A DNA stretch of 63,142 bases, the filler included, from Octopus bimaculoides (lineage: Eukaryota): NCBI RefSeq assembly GCF_001194135.2. It is 6 parts of 6 records of this genome, joined end to end, with 100 filler letters (N's around TTAATTAATTAA, not from the genome) between each part and the next. Parts side by side here need not be neighbours in the genome. Positions count along the whole stretch, not along the records: positions 1 to 27,931 come from NC_069006.1; positions 28,032 to 40,347 come from NC_068985.1; 4 more parts are not named here. One strand, 5' to 3'. The notes under the pieces are model-generated. The model saw nothing but the letters and a program-made list of their open reading frames with translations, did not search any database and had not been told where the DNA came from. How positions within the stretch are numbered: the first letter of the stretch is position 1; the number at the start of each line of letters is the position of its first letter. Positions 27,613 through 40,347 of the stretch are shown here, piece by piece. Made by a program: the position numbers and the translations under genes.

Positions 27613-27931
27613 AATGTATGTATACGTGCATGTATGTATGGACGTGTGTTTGTGTATACGTATGCGTGTACGAGCATGTGTGTGAGCGTATGCGTTTGCA
27701 CGTATGGTTTGTGTGGAAGTATGGATAAGCACGTGGATAAGCTCAAATAATGCTGTTGCGATAAATAAAAGGTTTTAAGAACAAAAAAAATATACATTAG
27801 AATGTACATCTGTATATATATGTATGTGTGTGTGTGTTTGCGGGTGTATGAAGAGAAAGAGAAAAAAAAATACAGATATAACTATAGATGGAATACGCGC
27901 ACACATTATATATATATATATATATATATAT

Positions 27932-28031
27932 NNNNNNNNNNNNNNNNNNNNNNNNNNNNNNNNNNNNNNNNNNNNTTAATTAATTAANNNNNNNNNNNNN
28001 NNNNNNNNNNNNNNNNNNNNNNNNNNNNNNN
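27932..28031. other. Artificial 100-bp scaffold join (44N + TTAATTAATTAA + 44N); also at 40348-40447, 54109-54208, 57200-57299 and 61003-61102
   Basis: Identical length and central six-frame-stop 12-mer at five sites. Confidence 0.95.
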
Positions 28032-29589
28032 ATTCTCCAGTTCTTTGCTCGTAGTCGCCAACGTTTTGTTGATGGCAACATTATCAAACCCCTTAAAGTC
28101 ATTCACGAATAGCTTCTTCCATACACCATTCATAGCCGCGCTCAGTACATCATTCCATGTCGCTGCTATGTTCTATACAGCCTTGTAAATATCGTATGTC
28201 TTCAAAAGTCACGAAGTGTGATGGACTCATCAAGATCAGTTGCAGCTATTGCTTGCCGCAGCATACGCTTCATATAGTAACGCTTGAAGATAGCAGTTAT
28301 TCCCTGATCCATTGGCTGCAGAAGAAACGTGGTGTTCGGAGGAAGGTATACGACAGTAACGTTGGGATCAAAATCTACGATGTTTTGCGGGTAGCCAGGA
28401 TCATTATCTAAGACAAGTAAAACCTTAAAAGGAACCCCCTTCTCCTTACAGTACTTCTCTGCTGCTGGGATAAAATGATTGAAGAACCAATCCTCAAAAA
28501 CAACAACAGTAACCCACACTTTTGAATTAGCCATCCATATAACAAAGAGAGATGCCTTAGCTATGTTCTTCATGGAACAGGGGTTGTGTACATGATACAA
28601 AAGCAATGACTTTTGGTCACAAGTTCTTTTTAGACCTTTTAGCCAGGAATAGCTTTCTCCTCCTTGGAAATGAACGAGTCTGGCAATTTTTTCCACTACA
28701 ATCCAGTTTCGTCTACGTTAAAAATCTGTTCGTCAGCTGATGCACATTCACTTTGCTTCTTCATGGAGTGATAACTTCTTCGCTCCTTAAATCCCATGAA
28801 CATCATTGACTTGCCTTGAACTCTACATCTTTCTCATCTGGATAATTTTTCTTCAGGTACTTGAATGATTTCTTGATTAATAGTAGTACGCTGATGATTC
28901 AACCTAATAATCCAAAGAGAAAGAAGACTTTCCATTTTTCCAAAGATTTTGCCTCTTTTCTTATTGATGACAGTGTTCTTCATCACTGGGGCTCCAGATT
29001 TGATGTGCTAAAATCTTGTCCTTATTATGTATAATAAGGTCGTGCAATTGCTACCACTTTTCACCTTTTCATGGCGTTTTATCACAGCCAGTTTATCTTC
29101 CAGCGTTATAGCATGACGCTTAGCACTTTCACTGTGAATTTACTTGGGAGCCATGGGGCAAAAGATAAAGTCACAAATGAATGAGAAAGTAGTCAACAGA
29201 CGTAAACAAGTCTGAATTCAAAACAATCGCGGGAATCATGAATGACACCGACGCCTAACGGTAGTTATTGGAACTACAATGCAATATGAGCTCTGAAAGA
29301 CCGATAAATAAGACAACACAGCTGATTTCATGATTTCGTTCACTAAGCTACATTACTTTATGGTGTGTGTCTTAACATCTACTGTACGTATTTTAATAGG
29401 ATTTTATATGCTTTTATTCTTATCTATTGTACAGTAACATGATTTTAGGATTCCAGTATTTGTGGTGGACAGACGTAAAGTCGAGCAAAACGAGTTAAGT
29501 TGATTTTTATTTTACCATATATTATTTTTGAAAACCGACGTACAATCAAAACGACTTAAATCGAAACAACTTAAGCCGAGGTATGCCTG
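28032..29589 (-). mobile_element. Tigger/pogo DNA transposon (CENP-B-type HTH plus DDE_1), pseudogenised, 3' end lost at the join
   Basis: MAPK*...RHAITLEDKLAVIKRHEK (ATG at 29154); EQIFNVDETGL*WKKLP; VLLVLDNDPGYP; LPPNTTFLLQPMDQG; MNGVWKKL; terminal CAGGCATACCTCG ending at 29589 next to (TA)n. Confidence 0.92.
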
Positions 29590-32022
29590 TGTATATATAT
29601 ATATATATNNNNNNNNNNNNNNNNNNNNNNNNNNNNNNNNNNNNNNNNNNNNNNNNNNNNNNNNNNNNNNNNNNNNNNNNNNNNNNNNNNNNNNNNNNNN
29701 NNNNNNNNNNNNNNNNNNNNNNNNNNNNNNNNNNNNNNNNNNNNNNNNNNNNNNNNNNNNNNNNNNNNNNNNNNNNNNNNNNNNNNNNNNNNNNNNNNNN
29801 NNNNNNNNNNNNNNNNNNNNNNNNNNNNNNNNNNNNNNNNNNNNNNNNNNNNNNNNNNNNNNNNNNNNNNNNNNNNNNNNNNNNNNNNNNNNNNNNNNNN
29901 NNNNNNNNNNNNNNNNNNNNNNNNNNNNNNNNNNNNNNNNNNNNNNNNNNNNNNNNNNNNNNNNNNNNNNNNNNNNNNNNNNNNNNNNNNNNNNNNNNNN
30001 NNNNNNNNNNNNNNNNNNNNNNNNNNNNNNNNNNNNNNNNNNNNNNNNNNNNNNNNNNNNNNNNNNNNNNNNNNNNNNNNNNNNNNNNNNNNNNNNNNNN
30101 NNNNNNNNNNNNNNNNNNNNNNNNNNNNNNNNNNNNNNNNNNNNNNNNNNNNNNNNNNNNNNNNNNNNNNNNNNNNNNNNNNNNNNNNNNNNNNNNNNNN
30201 NNNNNNNNNNNNNNNNNNNNNNNNNNNNNNNNNNNNNNNNNNNNNNNNNNNNNNNNNNNNNNNNNNNNNNNNNNNNNNNNNNNNNNNNNNNNNNNNNNNN
30301 NNNNNNNNNNNNNNNNNNNNNNNNNNNNNNNNNNNNNNNNNNNNNNNNNNNNNNNNNNNNNNNNNNNNNNNNNNNNNNNNNNNNNNNNNNNNNNNNNNNN
30401 NNNNNNNNNNNNNNNNNNNNNNNNNNNNNNNNNNNNNNNNNNTACACGTAATCTAAAAACATTATTTATTGACTGAAAAATTTTTTAAATACCCGTGTAA
30501 TTTTTGAACGCGGGATAGCTGTGAGAAGAGCCTAGAATGTTGGGGAATTACTATTAGAAGACGAGGAGAAAAAAAAAACAAAAAGTTACCGACAAGTACT
30601 CGTAACTTGTACCTTATTCACAATTTCCAAACACAACTTCAACAATGACACACACACGCACACACGCACGCACGCACACGCGCGAATACGCACTCGTGCA
30701 CACACATAGATACACATACACACAAATGAAAGGCAATGAATGTGTGTGTGCGTGTGCATGCATGCGTGCGTGCGTGTGTGTATGTGTGTGTGTGTGTATG
30801 TGTGTGTGTGTGTGTGTGTGTATGTGTGTGTATGTGTGTGTATGTGTGTGTGTTGTTCACTGACAAATTTCGTGCTGCACCACTTTTGTGAAGTTTTGTC
30901 AGTGAATACGTCGCGGTTTGAAAGTGACGAAAATATTTGGACACGAAGTTTTGATGTTGAAGTGAAACTAACGGGATTTGTATGTTCTCGAATGGTTTAC
31001 AAATATTTTCCACGCTGCAATTGTTTTTATTTCAGAACACGATCTCAGATCAAGTCACTTGCTATGCAAGTACATCTCCATAATTTCTTAAAATAACAGT
31101 GGATAAATGCCAGCAATGACCTTCTCAGGCTCTCCAATATTTTAATTTCTAAACAGAAACAATCGGGGGCAGGGAGTGGGGTTGCAAAAAATCCATAATT
31201 TCTCAAATTTTCTTTTTCATAGCACANNNNNNNNNNNNNNNNNNNNNNNNNNNNNNNNNNNNNNNNNNNNNNNNNNNNNNNNNNNNNNNNNNNNNNNNNN
31301 NNNNNNNNNNNNNNNNNNNNNNNNNNNNNNNNNNNNNNNNNNNNNNNNNNNNNNNNNNNNNNNNNNNNNNNNNNNNNNNNNNNNNNNNNNNNNNNNNNNN
31401 NNNNNNNNNNNNNNNNNNNNNNNNNNNNNNNNNNNNNNNNNNNNNNNNNNNNNNNNNNNNNNNNNNNNNNNNNNNNNNNNNNNNNNNNNNNNNNNNNNNN
31501 NNNNNNNNNNNNNNNNNNNNNNNNNNNNNNNNNNNNNNNNNNNNNNNNNNNNNNNNNNNNNNNNNNNNNNNNNNNNNNNNNNNNNNNNNNNNNNNNNNNN
31601 NNNNNNNNNNNNNNNNNNNNNNNNNNNNNNNNNNNNNNNNNNNNNNNNNNNNNNNNNNNNNNNNNNNNNNNNNNNNNNNNNNNNNNNNNNNNNNNNNNNN
31701 NNNNNNNNNNNNNNNNNNNNNNNNNNNNNNNNNNNNNNNNNNNNNNNNNNNNNNNNNNNNNNNNNNNNNNNNNNNNNNNNNNNNNNNNNNNNNNNNNNNN
31801 NNNNNNNNNNNNNNNNNNNNNNNNNNNNNNNNNNNNNNNNNNNNNNNNNNNNNNNNNNNNNNNNNNNNNNNNNNNNNNNNNNNNNNNNNNNNNNNNNNNN
31901 NNNNNNNNNNNNNNNNNNNNNNNNNNNNNNNNNNNNNNNNNNNNNNNNNNNNNNNNNNNNNNNNNNNNNNNNNNNNNNNNNNNNNNNNNNNNNNNNNNNN
32001 NNNNNNNNNNNNNNNNNNNNNN

Positions 32023-32081
<59 letters not shown>

Positions 32082-32380
32082 CGCAAAGTTTACAGATGGG
32101 CTGCTGAATTGAAATCTCTATGTTGCTTTGAGGGAAGGTAAAACTTGACAAACTGCTTCTCTCTCTGTTGTTGGACTACCGTGATGTTTGTTTAAAAAAG
32201 AGAGATTATGACTGTGATAAAGTAATGAAAGCAATATTTACTAAGTAAGTGACTACTGTTATACAAAGAAATAATTAGACGTAAAATATAAAAATTACTA
32301 GGAATGGGAATATTATCAAGGGGTTAGCAGAAAACCGCGCGGAGCTCTGGCCACGAACGGGAGGGTCAACCTTAGGAATC

Positions 32381-32732
32381 TGCATCTGCAATAGAGTGGA
32401 TGAAACCATTGCCCATATCACGAACGAATGCCCTAGATTTGCCCAAAGCCACTACAAGTTGTGGCAACACGACCAGGTAGCGAAAGTGCTACATTGGAAA
32501 CTACGCAAATAGTGGGGGCTAGAGAGAGTCAAGACGTGATATGAGCACAAACCAGAGAGAGTGGAGGAGTCGGAGACTAGATAAATCCTCTGGGATTTCC
32601 CAAGCCAAACAGATCAGATGCTAGAGCATAACAGACCGGACCTATTGGTGGGGGACAAGATGCACTACATGCTATATAGTTGATGTTGCATGCCCCTTTG
32701 ACTCACGAATAGTCAAGAAGGAAGACGAAAAG
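32381..32732 (+). mobile_element. R4/Dong-like zinc knuckle plus restriction-like endonuclease, decayed
   Basis: C..DETIAHITNECPRFAQSHYKLWQHDQVAKVLHWKL...ILWDF..QTDQMLEHNRPDLLVGDK/CYIVDVACPFDSRIVKKEDEK, with stops and a frameshift. Confidence 0.85.
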
Positions 32733-32946
32733 CTTTTTGATTTTGTTCCTCAGTAGTCTCCAATTGCCCCGAGAAATTTCTTTTTAACATTGTATCTATG
32801 TTTTGGTCTATTGAGATAATTTTTATGTGTTGATGGCGCGATTTTTTGGGGTGTTATGTAATGTGTTTCCGATATTTGGTATTGTGTTGTAAGTAGTGGA
32901 GTAAACTTTTGTTGTTAATGTTTATAGATGTGTAGTCTATTCACTT

Positions 32947-32979
<33 letters not shown>

Positions 32980-32995
32980 CATAATAATCATAATA

Positions 32996-33553
32996 AATGC
33001 TCGGATGCAGTACCAGGCAGTGGCTCTCATGGCTTCTGATCTTAATTGATTGGAAGTGTTATCATGTACATTGTTTTGTCTTGGTATAAAAAGATGGGCT
33101 ACAGCAAATATTCTGCTTAATACCACAGATTTGCTTGTCAGTAGTTTGACCTTAACCAGTTGAGCATGTCCCTTGGAAGCTGATGATATGTGCATCTCTG
33201 ATCATGAGCAGAAGTAACGGGGGAGCATCATAGCCATATGTTGAGAGGAATTCTTTGGGGCGTGAATAATTCACCTCTGGAAACATGGGTGTTTTGCTCA
33301 ACATCCTTAAACAAACCTTATTCAGAGACCTTTTGAGCGGGATGGGCTACCCGATCTGAAGAAAATTCTGATTGGGCCCCACCTGCAAGGTCATGCGCTG
33401 TTTATCTTGATATGAGATCACTATGTCGCGCACATATGGTTGTGATGCATATGCCTGGTGTACCCTTATCAGACGGGTAGTCATGATGGGTATAATGGGC
33501 TTCCTATATTTTACCCCAGTGTCACTTTGATGACATTCACTGCTCTACCACTC
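32996..33553. mobile_element. ~560-bp non-coding element embedded in (AAT)n
   Basis: More GC-balanced block with sharp (AAT)n boundaries on both sides; single copy here, recalled as an abundant octopus repeat. Confidence 0.5.
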
Positions 33554-33612
<59 letters not shown>

Positions 33613-33870
33613 TAACAACAAAAACAACAGCATTCACATATACATGTACATATATACATTCACAGACACAGGCATATACATTGATACATTTACAGATACA
33701 GTCGAGACAGTGTCTATGGCTTCTCACGATTATTTGGGCACCTAAAAAACACTTAACGAAAGCATAGAACCCATTACCAAATCATTATGAATTCAATATG
33801 AATGACGTAACGTGTATGTATGTGTGTATGTATGTATGTATGTATGTATGTATGTGCGTACGTATGTATG

Positions 33871-33908
<38 letters not shown>

Positions 33909-35360
33909 TGTATTTATGTAGTAAAATGCTATATAATTAAGAATCATCCACTTGGATGAAACATACAGAAACTATTGGTTCACTGAACAATGCTAAATAC
34001 CAACTTTACAACATTTCTGATAATAGTTAAAGAAAATTCTTTGAAATAATTGTTTAGTCACTAGGTAAAGAATTTACCATTTTCACTGAAGGATGTCAGG
34101 CAATTAACACAGTCATTTAGCTAGTTTACTTGTTTTCCAGCCAACAGCGTGAACGTTTACGGATCGCCGTTGCACAGGAGTGGGAAGCGTCCCCGCTAAG
34201 ACAGTCTACTTTAAATTGTAGTGACTTCATTCAGGCATAGAGTAGATTCGAACCTAAATCTGCCAATTTCCTTTAACATTTCAAGAGCACTTTTTTTACA
34301 GAAAAATAACGGTTGACAGCAGTTACATTTAACATATGGCTTTGCCAAACCGATTGATGTCTTTGCCACTTGACCCTCCTAACATCTTCTAGGCCTCGTA
34401 TAGATTTGAGATAACAGGTCGACCCCCAATCTCTGCAATATACCTATTTTTCTAATTAGTTTTGTATGGTTATAAATACAAGAACGCCGTATGCCCAAAT
34501 CAAACAAGTGAGTTGACTACCCGGCTGAACGAAACGCCGTCTCTGAAAGAAAAGGCACAGAGGGACAAATACGGTAACTCACCAACGAAGCAGTTGTTTC
34601 GTCCACCACTCTCACTTTCTCTAGCTCACTTTCTCTTCTCTACTACACTACCCTATTTCTATCTGTGGTTTACGAGAACACAAACTATACAAGGAAAATC
34701 TACGATATCTCCCTTTACCTCGCGTGCGTTACGAGTTATATCATGCCAGCCCGTCGTGGTTCGGTTATATACAAAGTAACGGTAATAGATATTTGTTTAC
34801 AACATCGATCAATGTTCTTCTTTCATCTTGCACATCTGCAACATCAACACCCGATACAATTGGTATCTGTCGACTCCAGCAATTATCATAATCCATACTG
34901 TTACAAATGGTGATCACTGACTCCACCTGAAAAACCGTTACAAAATCAACCTATCCTGTCATATAAAAGAAAGGATGTATAAGAAGTTGTAGTCCTAGAC
35001 ATACAATGCCTGAGAAAACAAAAAGGGCACATTAGATAATGTAAACCTAGGTACACCGTGTCTGATTAAAGGATGATATAAAAACTGAAACGTTTCTGCT
35101 AATAGTTCGATCAAGAATGGCATGAAACAAAACAACAATAACAGCAGCAATAACGGCAGCAACAACAATGGCAACAACAACAGAAATAGTAATAATAACA
35201 ACAATAACAACAGCGGCGACAGCAACTAAAACAACAACGGCAGCAGCAACAATAACTAATGATAATAACGACAACAATAATAACAACAGGAGCCACGACA
35301 ACTATAATTGCAACAACAGCAACAATAACGGCAACATCATCAACAATTGGCCAATTTAAT

Positions 35361-35570
35361 GGTTTCAAATTTTGGCACAAGGCCACTAATATCGGGGCTG
35401 GGTGTAAGTCGATTACATCTACCCCAGTGCTCAACTGGTACTTATTTTATCGACCTCGAAAGGATGAAAGACAAAGTCAACCTCGGTGGCATTTGAACTC
35501 AAAACATTAAAAAAACGGACGAAATGCCAAGCATTTTTGTCCGGTACGCTAATGATTCTGCCAGCTCGCA
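35361..35570 (-). mobile_element. SINE family A (diverged)
   Basis: ggcacaaggcc...gtcgattacatc...ctggtacttattttatcgacc...aaagtcaacctcgg. Confidence 0.85.
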
Positions 35571-36686
35571 AGACTAATAGAAGCAAAGGACAATGAAATT
35601 TGTATCGTTAAAATTTCATTGATTTGAAGGAACCGAACAACTTTATTTGCTCTATATCAAGAGCGGTCAATATTAGTCCAACCTTGATTTCACCCATCAC
35701 CTTCTGTTCACATGTAAATCACTTTTCTCCTCCGCCGACAATAAGCCATCTCTGCTGTTGTCTCAGCTTCTTTCTGACAAAAAAAGGTCTCTGTGTCCCA
35801 TATAATCCACTTTGCCCATCTCTGTCTCCTTCTCTCTCTCTCCTCTCCTTTTCCTCTTTCTCCCTCTCCCTCTCTTTCTCTCTGTCTCACTTCAATTATG
35901 ACCCATAACAGACATCTCTCCATATCGTTCACCGAACACAAATCCTAACACCACTCAACCACCAAATTACTCCAACTGAACACTCTTCTACCACTACTAT
36001 AACAGCTTCTACTAATCTGAACTAGAAAGCTGTATACCACTTGCATTCTAACCCTCACATCTCATCTACCTTTGTGAGTTACTGTTAGAACTGGCACTCA
36101 AAACTCCATGTAATCCATAACTCCATCACTACCACCACCCAACTTCAGTCTTCTAGAATCCTTTCTCTGTTAATGTACAGAGGTCCAAAGTAACCAGCTG
36201 ATGTTTCATTAGCGTGGCAGAGATTACAAACAGTGATGGACAGAACGGATTTTAACAAAAAAAGAAGAAAAAATGTTCTCTTTGAAAGTGTTTTATCTTT
36301 ACTAAAGAATGTCGAGAAAGCCAGAGGAACAGACTTGATAAAATGATCGTGTTTTCTAGAAGTGACTGCAATATAAAGGCATGTAGTATAGTAACAGAAA
36401 GTCATTTGTTAAAGATATCTTGTGGTAACGATATCTAAAAAGTTAAGGTATAAAAAAATTGAAAAATAATGAGGAAGACAACGACAAGGAAGAGGGTGAG
36501 GAGGAAATTCTTATGTTGCTAAAGAAATGATCGTTGTGAAGGCGGCGGCGTGAAGCTGTTGATAACGAAAACGATACTACTACTACTAATAATAATAATA
36601 ATGAGGCACTACTAAAATGTCCCGTTTGTTGTAAGAACGAGGAAGGAATACATTGAATTCCGCTAGATATGTCACATTGCTAACAG

Positions 36687-36740
36687 ATTGCGAGTCTGCT
36701 CGGAAGCTATCGAGTTTCTGGCTGACTTTACAGCAGTAAG
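36687..36740 (+). CDS. Candidate 54-nt coding micro-exon (LRVCSEAIEFLADFTAV)
   Basis: gctaacag| ... AAG|gtaggc; one open frame; weak polypyrimidine tract; protein not recognised. Confidence 0.15.
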
Positions 36741-37710
36741 GTAGGCCAAAATTAGAACTTACCAATGCAGCACACTTTACATTCTTACTGTTTACCTTCC
36801 ACAAACCTTGGCTTGCTGATTAAATCTTTACAATTTTCTCACTCAGTAATTCACTACATTTTGTTGTTGTGCCAAATATCTGTCTACCTATCTATTTATT
36901 TGGATAATAATGTTTTTCTTAAATTTCCTAGCAACTGTAAAAGCAACGAGGTGTACCAAATGTTGATTAGACCGGCAACACCAACCATGAACTGTTTTTT
37001 GGACCCACGAACCTCACACAGCAGCAAATAGGAACTGAAATTAATTTTTTTCTTTTTTTTTTCACAACTGAAAGCTATTTCTCTACCTGACATACTGTTA
37101 TACCAATATAGCTAGCCGTCTGTTATCATGTTTGTATTTTTCTTTGCCAGCAGCAAAGATGCTTACTGTTGCATTCCTTTCAACTCACCTAGTCGACATA
37201 TACGGCAATTCTCGTCACACGAGATTTTCAGTAGCTCTTTCTGCTATCGTCTGCCAAATATTTCCAGCTATTCTACAGATATTATAGTCTGTATGTAGCT
37301 AATAGACCAATGACATCTGCTACTTAATGAATTCGTATTTTTATTCTATATTATTTATCTTATTACGGGCAAATTATATAATCATATTAAAGTTTCCAAA
37401 CGATTAACTAAGATAGCGAAAAAAGAGAAAAATACCAGAAAAAAGAAGAATCAGACTCAGAAATTATATAACTTGAAAAGAATCCTTAATTTTGCTTAAA
37501 TCAGCATTTTTTAATTTTTATTTTTACAGAAAAGACAGAAGTCAATGTCTAAATCGTACCACGGCAAACGCTCACATAGAACTAACTTCAACGTCGACTT
37601 CAGACTCATTGCTTTTGAGAACAAATTCCGCTATAATTTTCAGAAAACACTGTAGTTTTGGTATATTTCAGATAGAGAATTGGAGGGAGTTTGAAGAAAT
37701 CATTATAACC

Positions 37711-37799
<89 letters not shown>

Positions 37800-38007
37800 A
37801 TATAGAGGAAATTGCTCTGAATAAGGCGGTAAGTAACCGCCAATAACACAAGTCTCAGGCAACTACTGTTTTCTTTTCTCTTGAGACTAAGGAATCATAA
37901 GGCAGGTTACACAGTTCCCATGTTGTGTAAGTGATTGAGATACAACATTCCCCTAAAAGGGACGCCAGTTGATTGCATGGTTCAAGGTCATTAATTTTGA
38001 GAGAAGG

Positions 38008-38180
38008 AGACAAGTCAATTAATCGACCCCAGTACTTGACTGGTACTTTATTATATCCACCTCAAAGGGATGGAAGACAAAGTTGACCTCGGCGGGTTTT
38101 GAACTCAGGGCATAAAGACCTGAAAAAATGTTGCTACTAATTTTCTCTGACGTGCTAATGACTGAGCCAGTTTACCGTCT
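38008..38180 (-). mobile_element. SINE family A (old copy)
   Basis: atcgaccccagtacttgactggtac...aaagttgacctcggcgggttttgaactcag. Confidence 0.75.
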
Positions 38181-38249
38181 TAACCACCTGCTTGGAGTTA
38201 CAAAAAAAAAAAGATGAAAATCTAATAAGAAAATCTAAAAACAAAAGTA

Positions 38250-39030
38250 TGTATTAAGACAACTTAAAAATAATTAAGATTGTGTTTGTCAGGGAAGACA
38301 ATAAGGAAGTACAGAGTTGTATAATAGCGGTTTTCAAGGAAAGAAACTACTGAAGAAGAAACACTTGTGAGAAGAGAACAACGCTGGAAAGATGAGAATT
38401 AGCAGAGCGACGAGTCACAGAATTAGTAGAGTTACAAGGAAATACAAGAGAGGAAACTTTGGCAGAACGACGAACATCAAAGAATGTCTAAAATAGGGAT
38501 AAAAGAGCAGTGTCTTAGCTATGAGAAAGAGGGATTGAGTTTAGCTGTCAAAAAGAGAGCAAAAATACTGGAAGCTCATTACTGATGTCGATAAAGGAGA
38601 GACAGAGCACCAGCTAAGGAACCAACTCAGATATGATGACATCATTACATGTAAGTGTGAATAACAGACTTATAAAGATGAAGAATAGATTAAGAAGAAT
38701 GGTAACTATGATCTCGAAATAGAGAACCAAGCTTCGTAGGGAGTGATTAATTAACAGATCTAATCTAATAATTCCAAGTAAGATCTTCAAGCAAAATTTT
38801 AAATTTAAAGACAAGATTAAAAGACTCAGGAAGAACATTATTAGACATCGAAATAGGAATACCTTCAGAATTCCTGTAACGATTACTTGAAAGAAATTTA
38901 GCTTTTTGCAGGGTTGAAAGTGACTAATCAATCACTGTACGAAGTATAGACATGATGTCATCCGGGAGATCATCAATATAAACGAAGAAAAAGACAGGAC
39001 CAAGACTAGAACTTTGAGAAACACCAAATT
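38250..39030 (-). mobile_element. CR1/L2-like LINE, RT core to C-terminus, decayed
   Basis: GVSQSSSLGPVFFFVYIDDLPDD (GVPQGS..LGP..YINDL motif); EDLTWN..KLGSLFR..SILHLYKS; LSHS*DTALLSLF; SFFP...YNS. Confidence 0.8.
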
Positions 39031-39084
39031 AGATAGAATGGTCATTAAAAATAACTTCAATGTTACGATCATCTAGAAATAATC

Positions 39085-39240
39085 CGTGGTTGTGTGGTGA
39101 GAAGCTTGCTTCCCAACCACATGATTCCAGGTTCAGTCCCACTGAGTGACACATTGGGCAAGTGTCTTCTATTATATCTTCGGACCGACCAAAGCCTTGT
39201 GAGTGGATTTGGTAGACAGAAACCGAAAGAAGACCGTTGT
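39085..39240 (+). mobile_element. SINE C/D 5' half, ending in its internal (TA)n
   Basis: gtggttgtgtggtgagaagcttgcttcccaaccacatgattccaggttcagtccc...accaaagccttgtgagtggatttggtagac...cgttgtatata. Confidence 0.85.
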
Positions 39241-39301
39241 ATATATATATATATATATATATATATGTAAATATAATATGTGACAATTATTCGGTAGCCA
39301 T

Positions 39302-39362
39302 GATAAAACTCCGAGTTTCGGATTTCGGGGCGGAAACCCACGCCGGCATCTCTTCAGTTATC
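39302..39362 (-). ncRNA. Type-I hammerhead ribozyme candidate
   Basis: Minus strand GATAA-CTGAAGA-GAT(GCCGGCGTGGGTTTCCGCCCCGAA)ATC-C-GAAA-CT(CGG)AG-TT-TTATC: stem I 5 bp, intact core, minimal stem III, GUU cleavage triplet; stem II base imperfect. Confidence 0.6.
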
Positions 39363-39679
39363 GGGCCGCCGAAAAAAATGCTATGAAAATGACCGTTAAA
39401 CAAAGGGAAATTACTGTGTGATTGACCGGTATTAAGACAAAAGAGATATTAGAATGACTGCTAAGTAAGGAGAGGAAGTAAAGGTAAGGGAGTAAATGTA
39501 AGGGAGTAAAAAATGTTCATAGCAATCGCGTAAGCACGTATGTCCATACATACACATGCGCGCCCGCACACCCACATACATGCGCCTATATGTATATACT
39601 CATCCACCCTCACTTGAAACACACACATGCTCACCCACACATTCGCCCAAAAATATATACATACCCGCATACACGCCCC

Positions 39680-39722
<43 letters not shown>

Positions 39723-39943
39723 GCATGCACAAAAAAGGTTCATACACGCGTCTATAAACGCACATGCATACGTCTATATAATCCTTATATTCACACGCTG
39801 ATATATGACCTACGTTGGACCCCTTAATCACCGAACCTGGAGCTTAACTATAGTCTATCCATAGCACTTACTCAGCATTACCTGAAACCTCTGGATCTAA
39901 TTGACACCATTATCGCTCATAACCTATATATATATATATATAT

Positions 39944-40347
39944 AAAGAATAAAAAATTTTGAATGGTACAATGCACTATAATACAAAAAATGGACTATAT
40001 ACCTGTTGTAATTTAGTTATCCATAGTCTGATGATATTTCGAATGCAATTCCTTCTTCAGATATTCTTAGATGGAGTCGCTGCTATAATCTGTTTTCCAA
40101 CGGCTTTTCTTTTTTCGGAAGCGTCTCAGCAGTGGTCTCATGAAGCTCCTTCCAAAATTCCTCATGAGAAGTGCGTGAGGTCGGCTATGTCTCAATCTCG
40201 TGTGTGTTAGTACATCTAAGAATATCTGAAGAAGGAATTGTATTCCGAAATATCATCGAACTATGGATAACTAAATTACAACAGGTATATAGTCCATTTT
40301 TTTGCATTATAGTGCATTGCTGTACCATTCAAAACTTTTTATTCTTT
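39944..40347. mobile_element. Fold-back element with ~130-bp terminal inverted repeats, next to (TA)n
   Basis: 39944-40073 is a near-perfect reverse complement of 40213-40347; ~140-bp spacer. Confidence 0.9.

Noticed and set aside
27976-27987. TTAATTAATTAA as a biological palindrome or homeodomain site
   Set aside because: Always centred in an exact 100-bp N spacer, so it is an assembly linker
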